This document shows positions 39,817 to 52,128 of a DNA stretch of 64,000 bases, in pieces. This DNA is from Pocillopora damicornis (lineage: Eukaryota), in assembly GCF_003704095.1 (NCBI RefSeq), contig NW_020845941.1:248001-312000 (forward strand). Reading direction: 5' to 3'. Under the pieces are notes generated by a model. The model was not told the origin of the DNA. It worked only from the letters and a program-made list of their open reading frames with translations, and did not search any database. Position 1 is the first letter of the stretch, and each line of letters begins with the position of its first letter. A program made the position numbers and the translations under genes.

Positions 39817-41263
39817 CTGGAGGAAGTAGCCGCGGGGAAGGTTTTCGAACTTCCGAGAGATGCTGTGACTCACAAACGGACAGTTAGTATTTCAAATTGT
39901 GTGACAAACATCGCATCACAATGCATGTACAACTCCAAGAGCAGTTTATAGTCTATTGACAACACCTTTTCAATTTTTTCCAAGCTAAATTGTTTTGTTT
40001 TATTCTTTATTTATGCTCTCTATAGGGTTAATGTAAGTTACCACGAGTGGGTGTTCTCGCTCGCTGCTCGTAACAATATTAATTTTACACTTTTTATGCT
40101 CCTTTCGTAAGACTTAAGTCGATGACAAACCGACCAACGTCAAACGCATCATATTACACTGTCTGGGTGCGAACAGGAACAAGGAATAGCTTGCACTGAT
40201 TGACAAATTTTGACAGCCTCTGCCGTTGTGACGTTAAAGTAAAGCACATACCAAATGTTTGAAGCCAAAAATGGAAGATACCGTGAATTAATCCCAAATC
40301 TCGGGTCTGTACCTTATTTTGGCCATGACTCAATCAGTACAATCCCTAATGCGTTGTGTTGTATTTATTTATATGTTAATTACATCCTCTAAAGATTCCC
40401 CTCCGAGAAGCACATTTCGCAGCTAGGATGCATATTTCGTTTCGACATCACAACGCAATCGAGGAATATAAGGATTATCGATTGAAAGAAGAAACAATTT
40501 TTAAATGTTTAAAAATATTTGTTGCCATTAGCTTATTTTCGTAAGGTAAATAAGCTCTTAAGTAGTTATGGAAAGAACTACAATTGAACCTGTATTAGGC
40601 GATATCGTATTCAGCGGTCACCCTGTACTAAGCGGAAACCCTTAAGTATGTCCCAAAGGCCTGCGAGTGTTGTCTTCCACGCGCATTGAACGGTCACTTA
40701 CAGCGGAACAACAATTAAAACTAAGAAAAATCTCAAGAAACTTTAAATCGCAGTTTTGAGCGAGATTTTATACTTTAAGTAATCAATTAGGGCATAAAAT
40801 GGCGTGTTTTATCGTTTATTATGATACCTCTATCCAATATAACCTTTATTAAGCGAGCAACCATCTCCCCATTCAACTGTATGTAATTAAATGAACAGAT
40901 ACTGGATGCACATGCTTCGTCGGTCTTTTTAATCTGAATTATAGCCCCATGACGAATATCTTTATGTCCGTAAATTATCTCTTTTTTTTCTTAATTTGTC
41001 GACAAAGGTATGTTCGGAAATTCGGGGAACTAGATTTTATGTCTGCGAGCTTTCACTATGAGCAAGACGTGCTTATAGCAGTTAGGAATTCCTATGATGC
41101 TCATCGCTATAGAGCCGCGAATATCGGACGACGATGTCAAAATGGCGCAAGATTGTATTTTGCATATTTGTTGTTGATGAATTTATTTTGCTTTATGTCC
41201 TTTTAAGTGGCAATTTCATTAAGTGAAGCGGATGCAAGGTTCGTAAGCTATCAAGAATACAAT

Positions 41264-41275
41264 GAAACTGAAACT
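41264..41275 (+). promoter_or_regulatory. ISRE-type site GAAACTGAAACT
   Basis: Perfect GAAANNGAAACT in the divergent gene 3/4 region. Confidence 0.4.
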
Positions 41276-43744
41276 AGGCACACGTGTCGGGGAGAGCTTT
41301 CTTTAAAAAGAAAAGTTCTTATTGAGTAGCTCACCATCGTAAATAGTCGTTTTTGAGCTGTTGTATGCACAATCAATAGTTGAAAAATTAGTATATGCGA
41401 CTCGCTCAAGCATATTTTAAGGACAACAATAGCGGGAAGCTAGGTTATATTAGGCTATTAGTAAGGTCGGCGCACTTTAAGACTTAAAACGCACGAGATT
41501 TATAAATAGGTGATGTGTAATTCTAATTTATTACGCGGAACGAGTTGTATTGTTTTCTTCAAAGCATAATGACACAGGCCATCGAGTACTTTGTAATACG
41601 TATACTTTAAATATTAATGTATTTTATTGTTTTTCGAAAGACGTTTCCAATCTGTTTATTTGGAAGAGTCAAGAATAAATATTTTTTTTGATCAATGACG
41701 CAAGATTCTGATGGCAATTTTAGGTAATCGTCTTAACAACAAAGTGCATGTTTATAACATTACTTAGAGTGAACCATTTTTGAATGTTTTAGTAATTCGC
41801 TTTCCATCTCGTGCTTTCGTTTATACATGCCAATTCTTAGCACTGTTTTCAAAACTCCTCCAAATTGTTTGATGAGAATATTTTATCGGGAAACCCTTGG
41901 ATTTTTAAATGATCACCACGAGTAGGAAATCAGCTTTTCTAGTATTCAGACATTTGACGCGGGCGAAACGGCGCTATTAATGAAACGAAAGAGCTGTCAC
42001 CAGCATCAGCCAACTTCGTGTGAAGTAACCGACGCGTAAGCAGTTTATAGAATTTCAGTCATGAAGGGGTTCGTTGTTCGATAACGAGACTGAACTGTGT
42101 AAGCTTCGCCGCTTTATTAAGAATACAGTGATGCTGCACATAGTATAACAAACGTATTGCTTACTGGAAATCCGATACTTGTAGCCGAAATCGTTCGAGG
42201 ATGGAAACATTTTCATTGTTTTTCCAAGTAATGCCCGCTAGTTTCACGCGGTAAACTAATGACGACCAAGAGCAATCATTCATAACGCTTGTAACTGCAA
42301 TTTTGATACTCTTTCAAGCGGACAGATACTGGGAGTTTGGAGCCTTTACAACGGAAATGGCCTCTTGGTGAAACCTTATTCTTAGCGAAAGCCTACAAAG
42401 ATAGGTAGGAAACTGAACTAAGGAAATTGCTCCCTAGACTGTCGGAGTGCCAAAAGGATAAGACATCCTGATTTTAAGATTAGTGTCAATCTTACCGTGG
42501 TTGAACTTCCTTTTCGAGACAAAAATTAACAAAGAAATTGATCTTCAGGAAGTTTAATATTTGTCAAATGGATTAAATTCTGACAGAACGGCATTCTTTA
42601 CTTGTATCAGTAGAAAAGGATGTTGGATCAAAAAAACTTCTGTGGGAAATTGACCTTTGAAATTGATATTGACCCTCTTCTGGAAAAGTATCACGTTTTA
42701 AACAAGTATTTTGTGATTTATTATAAGTTAGCGCTTGAGGCGTGAGTGTGTGCTTGTGTGCGAATATTTCCATTGGTGAAATATTCGAGTCCTGCAAAGA
42801 ATTTCAGTTGACAATCGAAGGTTTCACAAAACAATTTTGGAGTAACCTGAATAAGGGCATGTGAAATGTTCGCATTTTTTGCCAGTTTTGGTAATTGATA
42901 GAGGATGTGAAACCAAACCGACAGTCTTATTTCATTTCACGTAAAAAACTAAAGAAAAATAAGCTAATTTAAGACGACGACCAAGTTGGTGAACCGAAAT
43001 AATTAAGTAATTCAGTCGTAAAAAGTATCTCGGGGCCTTGTTCCCGGGGACCTTGTTCCCAGGGGCTTTGATCCCTGGAACCCTACGTTTGGTCTCTAAA
43101 ATGACGGGACCCCACGGGATCCTACCGACAAAATCCACCGATTTCATGAAATTAATAGCCAACCACGCTGTCTGGGCCATGAAGGTTAAAGTTTTGTAAA
43201 TGCTTCTACGCAGAAAGCAAAGCCCGTCCGTAAACATTCAGTTTCGTGTTTCGTTGAATCATATTAAAAAATAAAATATATATTTAGAAGTGCGGCGAAA
43301 AATGCAATTGTAAGATCTATAGGGGAACAAAGTTGGGTAAAATAAATATTTGGTAGAAAAGCATGAAAAAAAAACCAGTTTATTACCATAATTCAATGAA
43401 GGAAAGATAGCCAACGTATCTCGGGTCTCAAAAGTGTATTTTCATACTGATGTCAAGCTAAAGAGGTTCGAAAAAGCTGTTTATTATATTTCAGTTTCTA
43501 AACGACATCAATTGGTTGTATAACTCTGCAACAGCAAAGAAGTCTGTACATGTGTCATAAAGGGTTGGAAATTAGATTGACCGAGACAAGTAACAAGTTT
43601 CAATTTAATCGGAAGTTCAATCGACAGATTTTTTAAAACTGTTTGAAGGGATTCAATACTTGTCTTTCCATGTCACCGATGCCACGTTGGCTGAACAAGG
43701 ACGACAGACTCTGCATTTCGTTTCATCTAAGGGCTTAGTTTGCT

Positions 43745-46312
43745 ATGTCGGACCAGCAACGGAGTGAACTCGTTTCGCTGAGCGCCAACTCTTTTTCACT
43801 GAAAGATTTCGTGGGAAAGTTTCCACTTCCACAGACAGTCACCTTTCAAGAAGGATATTTTGACGAATACCAGAGTAAAACTATCGGTGCTGGCACTGAG
43901 TGTAATTTGTTATCTTTAGAAAGTGTCGAAACGGCAATATTTGAAGATAAAGATGGCGAAGACATTCACATCCCGCTTCAGGATCCATTTGGCGTGGAGC
44001 GCGTCGCAGAGGCTACATTCGAACAAAATCTCACCCTTGCAGACCTGATCCTAGAGAGTTCCATGGTAAAGTTTGTTCGTGTCGTCGAGACTGATCCAAA
44101 CTTCGAAAGTATCATCAGGCAAGGGGACAAGCTGAGGATAGAGAGGAAAAATTCTCGTGAGACCTTTCTGGCCTTCAAAATTGTCAGTGATAAGGGAAAA
44201 CCTCTAATTAAAGTCCCTGCTAGTTGTCAAGCAAAATTTCTACCACTTTGGAACGGCGAGGAGTTGCCTCTTAGCAAGTTTGTGAAGAAGTACAAGCTTC
44301 CTGTCTATGTGGTGATGAATTTTATCGACTATAGTACGGACAAGAATTTAAATAAGGGACAAGGAAACCCCAGAGAGAGGCCAACAACAAGAATAGTTAA
44401 GAGCCTACGTCATCTGTCCAATAGCGTTCTTAAATTAAAGGGAATTTTAGCAGATTCTATTGTGCTAGCTTCAATGGAGGTGGATGGTATACCTTCAAAG
44501 TTTTCATTTCCCAAAACTCTACCAATTAATGTTGCGCCTTTGAGAATGGAATCTAAAACTGGAGCACCAGGTAACAAACTAGATTTCATATCGAGCGAAA
44601 GGAACGAAACTGGAAATTACGACAGTGAATTGATCGCAGTAGAGGAGAACGAGTACGAAGATATGTCTGGCTTCAGAGATCCACAAGGATCGTCTCAATC
44701 AAAAATGAGAGTTGGATTTGAAAATAACAATAAATGTGGTGATGAAGCGAGGAAAATCACGCAGTTAGCGGGGCTGGGTGCACGCCACAACACATACTCC
44801 CCAGCGCCCTCCAAAAGAGTAATTAGAAGCCAAAGCGAGAGGCTACCAAGAAAAGGAAACTGGACATTTTCAAGAATTGTTAGCAATTTGGAACTACCAA
44901 GCGAAGACAACCTTTATGACGAGTTAAAGTTTCGTACACTGCCTCAAAAAGTGAAAAAACATCCGCCGTCATTGACAAGAAGAGCAAGTGACTGGAACAT
45001 TGAGCGAGTATCGAAACAGAATTTAAATAACCTATTACACTTGCAGGCTCAAAGCGGGGAAGATCATGGCTTTCAAGGTCACGTCGAAGTGGTTTCGTTA
45101 CAGATTCCGAAACTTTCGCCTACCTATAAGACATGCCCAAGGATGAAAACATTTGGAAGGAAAACAAAAAGCAATGAAACTGAAAGTAGCCCTTATGACG
45201 TCCAAGAATTAAATTTTGACAGCCATGCTAGCAAGTCATTGAACATGAATCATTTGCCAGCGAGGTTAACTTCAACGACTTCGAAAGCGCCCTTTTATGA
45301 ATCCGAGGAGATGGAGTATGATGCTCCTTCAAACCTAAACCTTTCAAATCACTCAGAAGGAAAACGAGGAAGTGACGATGCACTCCCATCCCTTCCTTCT
45401 TCACAAAGAAGTTGTGGAGAGGGATTTCATCTCTCCTCTCGTGATCCTCTTTTGAAAGAGAGAGAAGATCCAAAAGGAAGACATTACGTCCTTGACACCA
45501 AGATCCCATTCGTTGGCACCAGTCTAAAGAAAATTATTCCACCAGAACCTCCTGAAAAGGATGACTTTTACGAAAATGTAAAGATGCAAACGAAATCAGT
45601 TGTCGGTCCCACAAGAGGGCGTGAAGCAGTAACGAACAAAAAGGAGGTTGGCGTCGAGGTGTCAAAAGTCAATGCAAGTAAAATTGATTCCAAAACCGAG
45701 CCCTTGGAGAGAAGGGACAACTGCTCTATTAGAAGAGATGAACCAAAATCAGCTACAGGTCCGACAGGTCTACTAGAACCAGAAAGTATCGAAAAGGAGA
45801 AGGAATCACCACCCATTCCCCCACGGCTGAAGCACATTGAAGAACCTCTGTACTCCTCAGTACTTAAGAAAGGAAATCCATCACAAGATAAGATCAGCGA
45901 TTTGCATTCTGATCCATTACCCAGGGGAAGACCTCAACCTTCTCCTAGACGGCCTCGAGATGGTAGCAACCTCTCTCCAACGGATTCGATGAAAGCTAAG
46001 AGCACTTCAGGCGTCCATTCTGATTCAGTAACACCTTCACTTGAAAAGAAACCAAAGACGGCTGTCAATGATGACCGAAACTCAGACTTTGTCATTCCAC
46101 AAGACCTAAGTGCTCTGAGTGTCACTGATGTGTTGAAGTGTCTAAACGCTTTGAATATGAAGAAATTTGAGGATATTTTCAGTGAACGCCAAGTCGATGG
46201 AAACATGCTCGTCTGCTTGGATGAAGAAGCCATGGAGTCGATTGGAATAGATCGCTTCCATCGTTTGAAACTCCTCAAATTCGTTGCAGGTTGGAGACCA
46301 CAGCTACACTGA
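43745..46312 (+). CDS. CABIT + SAM adaptor 4 (GAREM-like), 855 aa, single exon
   Basis: SLKDFVGKFPLPQTVTFQEGYF...YKLPVYV. The C-terminal SAM DLSALSVTDVLKCL...VDGNMLVCLDEE...KLLKFVAGWRPQ resembles the GAREM ending (DLSGLS...IDGNLL...FINGWRPK). Confidence 0.88.
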   Translation: MSDQQRSELVSLSANSFSLKDFVGKFPLPQTVTFQEGYFDEYQSKTIGAGTECNLLSLESVETAIFEDKDGEDIHIPLQDPFGVERVAEATFEQNLTLADLILESSMVKFVRVVETDPNFESIIRQGDKLRIERKNSRETFLAFKIVSDKGKPLIKVPASCQAKFLPLWNGEELPLSKFVKKYKLPVYVVMNFIDYSTDKNLNKGQGNPRERPTTRIVKSLRHLSNSVLKLKGILADSIVLASMEVDGIPSKFSFPKTLPINVAPLRMESKTGAPGNKLDFISSERNETGNYDSELIAVEENEYEDMSGFRDPQGSSQSKMRVGFENNNKCGDEARKITQLAGLGARHNTYSPAPSKRVIRSQSERLPRKGNWTFSRIVSNLELPSEDNLYDELKFRTLPQKVKKHPPSLTRRASDWNIERVSKQNLNNLLHLQAQSGEDHGFQGHVEVVSLQIPKLSPTYKTCPRMKTFGRKTKSNETESSPYDVQELNFDSHASKSLNMNHLPARLTSTTSKAPFYESEEMEYDAPSNLNLSNHSEGKRGSDDALPSLPSSQRSCGEGFHLSSRDPLLKEREDPKGRHYVLDTKIPFVGTSLKKIIPPEPPEKDDFYENVKMQTKSVVGPTRGREAVTNKKEVGVEVSKVNASKIDSKTEPLERRDNCSIRRDEPKSATGPTGLLEPESIEKEKESPPIPPRLKHIEEPLYSSVLKKGNPSQDKISDLHSDPLPRGRPQPSPRRPRDGSNLSPTDSMKAKSTSGVHSDSVTPSLEKKPKTAVNDDRNSDFVIPQDLSALSVTDVLKCLNALNMKKFEDIFSERQVDGNMLVCLDEEAMESIGIDRFHRLKLLKFVAGWRPQLH

Positions 46313-49047
46313 TCGGACCACATTGCATCATGAATTGACTTATTTAAAACCTTCGCCGCTGATGCAAACTTCAAGTTTTGAAAACTCACACATTTTATTG
46401 CCCTAACGAAATGCGTAGAGTAGATATTTCTGTTGGAAATCTGTCGGGTTATCTCCGTTAAATGGCCACAAACAGCAACTTGACCCCATACCGGTTATGA
46501 CGTTTTTGCTCAGAGCGTATAGTTAATTCTTGCCAACCGATGTATAAAACGTAGTTACTGCGCAGTGGCTCAAGGATCCAGCTGAAGGTTAAAGATCCTT
46601 TCATAACAGGCCAGCGAATTGCCAGCCTTATCAAATGTGATATGGCTTTGGAGCTAAGAAAAAAAAACCAACCTTATAAAATGGCCAAAAAAGATAAAAA
46701 ATTGTGAGAAAACATATAGAAATGAAATGCTGTGTGATCAATATCCTTGAGCATGTGCACATGAGAATTTTTCTTGGTGCCTCTTGATGATTGGAGCAAT
46801 CTTTCCGATTCAAAGCTGGATCGCGTGATTCATTTGAGCCAAATCATAATTAGCATGAATATTCTACTTGTACGCCAACAGCAAGAATTGGACGCTTACA
46901 ATTTTCTCAGTGCTTGTAAAGGGCAAAATTCGTGCATTTTGACCTGCATATTTTATGGGCTGCCCCTAATTGAAGAGCCATTTGTTATGGTTGACTTTTG
47001 ACATGAATTACTCAATCATCTCAAAGAACAATAATCGACTGTAAGTGATATTTATTTGTGCAGTAAATTTCATCTCATTCATAACTTAATATAAAATTGA
47101 TATAAGGTTAGTTTGGTAAACATCTCTCGAGAAGTTTACCTTTATAATCATGTTACACGGCGTCCAAAAAACGACATAGCTTCAACTATGAATGAAATGA
47201 TAACGACGATTTAAATCTCATTCAAAGTGCTTTTTAAAATAATAAATTTTGCCGCAGGGAAGGATTTGAGAATCATCTATGCGTCAGCCACTTGAGCTCG
47301 AATGCTTAGGGCAGTTGATTGCACTGCAAAAATTCGCCACTCTTCCGATGGCAAACCCCGTGCAACAGGCCTTAAAATCCGCCGTTCTAAGAGAGGTTTA
47401 GCGTCAGCTGATCTGTCTTGAGTAAAATGCAGAAAGAATGCGGAGCCTGGAAACATGTAGCAGACCCCTCCCTCCCCCCTCCCCACGCTAAGTATAGTAT
47501 TTCCAAGCTACCCCTTGCCTAAGGAACTCTACTGGATAATCAGAGTGAAGTGATTACTTGATTTGAAAACAGTTAAACCAACCGATTACGCAATCAACAG
47601 CAATTAAACTTTGATTAAGGTCATAGTGTGTCTTTGAAAGATCTAGGTTGTTAAGTTGACAATGCGAAAGATTATGTTTGTCTGGCAAGAAAGCCTTTCG
47701 ACGGTTGATGAAAGTTGATTAAAGGAAATTCAGAGAGCCGAATAAAGGTTTTTACTCGGTTTGACAACTGTTTATTTGACCTTTGAGGCATTCAGCAGCG
47801 TTTCAGCTTGGAATGAGATCCCAGTATTCCTTGTTGTTTTGAAAGGTCTAAGTTTAATTGCTGAATTGACAGATCATTTTTGCTGAGACCGAAGGCAATC
47901 CATAGGGCCAAATAAAGTTGTCAAGGCTGAGACAGCACCGATGTTCATCGAAAATTCTAGACTATAGCTTATATTAACGCGTGCCTACTGTTGTTTTGAA
48001 AATTGTCATCTTTCAATTGTCTTGATCATGACCTCAATACAAAAAAAGCCAGCGACTTTTGTTAAAAACGGTCTGGTAAACATTTGCTTATCGAATCACA
48101 TCTTATGCGCACTGCGTTTTCTCTCACACAATTATATCGAACGATCTACAACAGTGCATTCGCAAACATATCTTGATGGTGTGTACAACAGATTACTAGC
48201 CTGATAACTTGACCATATTTCACCTTTATTGAGTTCCATTTGGGGGAAATAGTATTCTTAAGTTCTTCGTATCTCTCAAATAATGCTTTGTACAAACAAT
48301 TCGGTCAGGAAGGAGCGACTCGACTATTTGAAACGTTTATCAAAAGTTTTAAACAAAAATAATACGTCTACAGCGTAAGACGAATACAGTTTTATCCATG
48401 TAAAAAGTCACGATACCCATTTAGGATTTTCGAGACTAAAAAAAAGAATTAAGTCAAAAGTTTGTTTACTAGCTATTTCCGGTTCAGAACTCGTCTTCCT
48501 GATCGTAGAAATAAGCCTTGGCATGTTAGGTTTTTCTCGATCCACAAACTCGAGATAAAAAGAAAGCAGAGCAAAGAAACGAAGCAAGGAATTACTTCCT
48601 GGGTCTGATATGGTTTTAGGTCGGCCCCCTCGCCTCGCCCTCTATCAAATACAAAAGATCTCGAAAAGTAACTGCTTGAAATAGTAGAAAACTGTATTCA
48701 CGGTGGTTGTGGCTTTTTTCGACTTTTTGCTTCATCGCTAGGAAAATCGAAAGATTAGCGGCTGAATAATAGATTTTCAATCTTATGGCTCACCTGTCTC
48801 GATGAAGCCCCCGAGCCGGCATTTTTAATGCAACTGTCGAAAATGCTTTAACTCTGTTAAAGAACTTTTCCCTCTTATTTACATTTGTAGTTTTTGTATT
48901 TTCCCAAAGAGACAATAACAAGCGAACTTGAGTAATTTTTGCATCCAGTTTTGATCAAGTCTGCGTCACATGTTTAAAGACAATGCCCTAGAATTTGATT
49001 TTAGTTCTAATTACTTCGTCAATTTCAGGCATTCGTGACTATCTTCC

Positions 49048-50862
49048 TCAAGAGGTTTTAGGAATCCAACCGTCTCGGATAAATTTGGTGAGCTTTCTTC
49101 GATGCAATGCATTGGAGATCCCAAGATCTTTCATCATTTCTTCATCCACATCTAGCAAAAGTTTTCCGTCGACTGATTCTTGTTCAAAAGTCTCAACGTA
49201 CTGGCCCAAACCTAGCTTGGTTAGCCATTCACAGACTTCGTTCACCGTGAGCTCATTCCGAAGTTCTTGGCTCAATGTATCTCGAGCTCCACCATTATCT
49301 CTTGGGTTCCTGACACTGGAAACTGTTCTGGAAGGGGTGAAATCAACTGATGATTCCGCCTTGTGCGAAGTCGACTTGGTAGGGGTGGTCGGTGCACTTT
49401 TCTCATTATTTAGTCCAGCGGACGCCACAGTTGGTGAAACAGGGTGGTGAGAGCTTGGAGGCTGTACCTCTCCAATTTTTAAAGCAGGTTTTACCGTAGG
49501 CTTTTTGGCAAGTTGCGGTTTGGAAGAAGAAGCAGACTGACCAGGGGAAAGATATGTTGGGGGCCGTTCCTCCTTGCTGAGAGGTCTCTTATTTTGAGTC
49601 ACATTTGGCCTTATGGCAACTGGAGGTAAAACCAGGTTCAGGCTCTTCTTTTGATCCTCAGGATATGCTTTTGTAGATTTGGACTTGTTGAATGAAAGGC
49701 ATTCATAATTATCATCGTATAGAGCCTCTTCCTCTTCATTGTTTAGGACTAAAGATTTCCCTTGCGATGGTTTTGCTTTGGGTGGCTTCTTGGCGACTGG
49801 AGGGGCAGCCGATCCAACGGCTGCCTTGTTGACAAAAGGCTTGGGTGGTGCTGTATATCGATCCTCAAATTGTGATTTGTCCACCGTTGTTTTTTGACCT
49901 GAAATTGTCTTTGTTGGTGTTCGTGATGGAACAGGAGGAGCTATTTCGTCATAAGTTTCATCATCCGACGATACACTACAGGTTTCAACGCACTGACCGA
50001 TCTCAAAAAGCCATGATGCATCTTCGTCTCGGCCTGTGATTACTGACTCAATATTTATTTTGTTGTCGATCAGCTGACAAATTTCAGCGAGCACCTTTGG
50101 ATCTATGTTTGACTCGATTCGTCTGACTAGAACTTCCAAGCTAATTGGAATTGTCAAGACATTCAAATGCTTTCCGATTAAGGTGTAAGCTATTAAAACC
50201 TTTTCCTTTACTATCTCCTTGATAACAATCGTAAGGCTCTTCTCGATGCGCTTTTCTCCGATAAACTTCCCGATGGAACCTGCACGAACACGCACTCGAG
50301 TTGGCAGAATATGTCGATCTGTGACGTCTCTTAAAGAAGAAGGATGAACTTCCTCAAGGGTCTCGAAATGTCCTCGCTGTTCACAAGAGAGGAATATCGG
50401 CCTTTTTGTCCCAACCACCTTGCATTTAAGTTCCGTGCGGCCTTGACTACTTGGTGAAGCTTCTTGAAGCGAAAGTATGTCGCCGGCGTTGATGTTACTT
50501 TGAGGTATATTGTAGAGCGAGCGAACATATTTCGGAAAGTCGTCAATAAGGTCTTGGACGGTTTCATACTCGTGGTTGCATCTGTTTGGAATACTTTCAA
50601 ATATTTTGTCAGGATAATTTAGGGGAATCTTGTAGAAATTCCCCTTCTGATCGCGAGCAAGTGCTTGAGGTAGATCTTTCATGGCGTGAAGGTGCACAAT
50701 TTCGCCTTGAGACCACGATCGTTGGATTGAATTGTTTGATTCATATCCTTCCACGATTTCAGCTGTTTCAGGAAGATGACATTCTGTTAGAAACTCGCAG
50801 AGAAACAAGCCATCGAAGTCGTTGTTATTTTGACTCCACGGCATCTCGAGACTCCTCTTCAT
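49048..50862 (-). CDS. CABIT + SAM adaptor 5 (GAREM-like), ~600 aa, single exon
   Basis: MPWS...LCEFLTECHLPETAEIVEGY...LKCKVVGTKRPIFLSCEQRGHF...ILPTRVRV, then a Pro/Lys-rich linker and the SAM VCEWLTKLGLGQYVETFEQESVDGKLLL...FIRDGWIPK. Start ATG is at 50862 or 50844. Confidence 0.9.
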   Translation of the reverse strand: MKRSLEMPWSQNNNDFDGLFLCEFLTECHLPETAEIVEGYESNNSIQRSWSQGEIVHLHAMKDLPQALARDQKGNFYKIPLNYPDKIFESIPNRCNHEYETVQDLIDDFPKYVRSLYNIPQSNINAGDILSLQEASPSSQGRTELKCKVVGTKRPIFLSCEQRGHFETLEEVHPSSLRDVTDRHILPTRVRVRAGSIGKFIGEKRIEKSLTIVIKEIVKEKVLIAYTLIGKHLNVLTIPISLEVLVRRIESNIDPKVLAEICQLIDNKINIESVITGRDEDASWLFEIGQCVETCSVSSDDETYDEIAPPVPSRTPTKTISGQKTTVDKSQFEDRYTAPPKPFVNKAAVGSAAPPVAKKPPKAKPSQGKSLVLNNEEEEALYDDNYECLSFNKSKSTKAYPEDQKKSLNLVLPPVAIRPNVTQNKRPLSKEERPPTYLSPGQSASSSKPQLAKKPTVKPALKIGEVQPPSSHHPVSPTVASAGLNNEKSAPTTPTKSTSHKAESSVDFTPSRTVSSVRNPRDNGGARDTLSQELRNELTVNEVCEWLTKLGLGQYVETFEQESVDGKLLLDVDEEMMKDLGISNALHRRKLTKFIRDGWIPKTS

Positions 50863-52128
50863 CAACAACACTTCTTCTAACTAACAATCCTGCGATATTT
50901 AGCATACTGTTTCAACCTTCTTACAGTGATCCCGTGACACTGACTCTATTTTTATTGTTATTAGTTTTGAGGAGGGGGGGGGCATAGTTTGCTTCCTCTC
51001 TATCAAATGTAGTTATCAGACATCAGTTCCGTGATGATAAAAGTTTCTAACAGCTCAACAAGATTGTTTAAAACTAAAATTGAGATACGTTTGAAAACTC
51101 AAAAATTATAACTAAAACAAAGGGCGCCTCAAAACTATGCGAAGTTTCGATATTTCCGCTATCATAAACCTCCCCCAGAAAATTCCTTCGCTAAGAAGAG
51201 ACAGCGCTGGCAGTTAACCAATGAACCATAACTCACGTTTAGATAATCTCATGTCGTGGATGCTAAGCTGAGACAAGCAAACAATTAAACCGAATGATTA
51301 ACGTCTACGTTTGGCAGTTTGGAAACAAATTTTTTAGCGTATTTCAGCTTTTCCACCTCAGTTTAACGATCCTGAAACTGATAGAGCACATGGTTCATGC
51401 GTCGCTCTAACTACTGCTTAGATTACCTTATGCGATGTGTAAATAGGAGGTGCTATACTCATTTGCTAATTAATATACTATCATCCAGTAGAGTGGATTT
51501 ACATCTCGTCAATAATAGATCAGTAGATACCGTTTTCTAGCTATCAATTTGATAATAATTCAACGCGCTTGCGTGACAAACCAAGCTTGAATTTTCAAGA
51601 TCGTTTTCATTTAAATCAATCCTTCATACCCAGAAGCTTCTAGATTACAGACTCGAACCAAGGAAAGAGTTTTGTGCTTTTATAACGGTAACCCTTCCCC
51701 CCTCCCCTTCCCCCCCTCTGATGTAATAATCTTCATTGCCTTTTTCCTTTCGTCTAAGTACAGAACTTGACAAAGAAGTGGGTTTCATTTAGAGCCACAA
51801 ACACAGACGTGACACGAACATGAGCGTGAACGACAAACACCTCGTGACATTTTTTTGGCATGATTTCAAAGAAATAATTAGCATAAATAGCATACTCAAT
51901 GAAGGCGTTTGATAGTTAGTCGTCCTGCCGTGCCACGATCGCAACAAGGAGCCTAACCCTTAACATAAAAACCATAAGGAAGTTTGCCTATCTTTCGTGT
52001 TCATTTTGCGTACCGATTTTGTGGCAGCGGAAAGCGTCGTATGTCAGAGGCGGGTATAACTCTCCTATGGATCTTTCTGTTTCTGTGGCAATGGTTTAAA
52101 TCAGGAACCCTGCAGTCTGCTCCTGTCC

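Noticed and set aside
43031-43082. Three ~15 bp GC-rich tandem units (ggggccttgttccc) with kB/STAT-like appearance
   Set aside because: No exact consensus match; could be a simple minisatellite.
45934-46389. 151 aa ORF antisense to the gene 4 SAM (likewise 48995-49450, 26613-27038, 53183-53737 and similar)
   Set aside because: Shadow or alternate-frame ORFs over real coding sequence with no independent coding features.
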